From assembly GCF_009914755.1 (NCBI RefSeq), contig NC_060948.1: a stretch of DNA of 64,000 bases. One strand, written 5' to 3'. Origin of the DNA: the human T2T-CHM13v2.0 reference genome, Homo sapiens. This document shows positions 63,275-64,000 of the stretch, in pieces. Under the pieces are notes generated by a model, which was given only the letters and a program-made list of their open reading frames with translations, was not told the DNA's origin and made no database searches. The position numbers and the translations under genes were made by a program. Each line of letters opens with the position of its first letter. Position 1 is the first letter of the stretch.

Positions 63275-64000
63275 TGTCTACACTTGTTTTTCCTAATTGA
63301 AATTAATTGGAGTCAATGTATATCAAACAGTTCAACTTATTCATCTAATTTAAATAAAGTCATTCAGTTATTTTTCCTCCTAATGAGCCTGGCTTTTTTT
63401 TCTTCTTCTTATCAATCTGCCCTTTGATAGGCCTTTCTATCACAATGAATTTTTCATATCCCAGGCTCTCAACAGCCTCATAAGTCAGGTGAGATTCAGG
63501 ATCTGCCTGATAATGGGGAAATAGTTGGTCAGTTCAGTCACATTGTGAAAGCAGTTAAGGCAGGGAGGAGTCAAATTCTTCAAACTTAGTGGCAGCAAAT
63601 ATTTGTTCCACACAGTAATTATTTTATAGATGCTGAAAAAATATGCCTGAAATAAAGATAACTGTTAGATTGGAATTTTTTGACCTTGTCATTCTGTATT
63701 CACAACTGTGGACAACTAAATAGTCTCAGAATATTTTGAGAGCTTTTTCCACATAAGTGACTTATTCATAGGGAAGGCTGTATTACCATCTCTTTACAAA
63801 ATCTGTAATTGACAATGACCTTGGAATTAGTAGGTATGATTACTACATGAGGTGTTTAGAGCAATGTCCTGTATTTTCTAAAAACTACATGTTATGAGTA
63901 TCATTTGGGATAACCTCCATGGTCATCTAGAGATGTAACATCCAGAGTTTGGAATGCATCACATGACAGGATCAGATTCTTCTTCTACAATGTTGTGTGC

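Overview
This is eukaryotic (primate, great ape/human-type) non-coding DNA, roughly two-thirds transposon-derived. I can support no intact protein-coding gene, RNA gene or CRISPR array. The one host-gene signal is a single disabled exon (7746-7860, +) with intact AG/GT splice sites. It translates to [26 protein letters not shown], which matches the penultimate exon of steroid sulfatase (STS) but carries a nonsense codon and an inferred 7-bp frameshift. This points to the unprocessed Y-linked pseudogene STSP1 (inference, needs BLAT). The rest is a layered transposon record: an L1PA3/2-type L1 with intact 5' end (1-5482, -); a three-element nested L1 stack (24863-38330); a twin-primed, 5'-inverted L1PA2-like insertion; two full THE1 proviruses; MER52, MER39-like and MLT1 LTRs; Charlie1, MER1A and MER96-like DNA transposons; many Alus; and MIR/L2 relics. 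The long ORFs in the track are broken L1 ORF1/ORF2 pieces or their antisense shadows. The most unusual unexplained structures are several local templated insertions, fold-back hairpins and micro-duplications, plus a hairpin-unit tandem repeat. I found no evidence for a new biological system. Subfamily calls rest on recalled consensus sequences and should be confirmed with RepeatMasker/Dfam.
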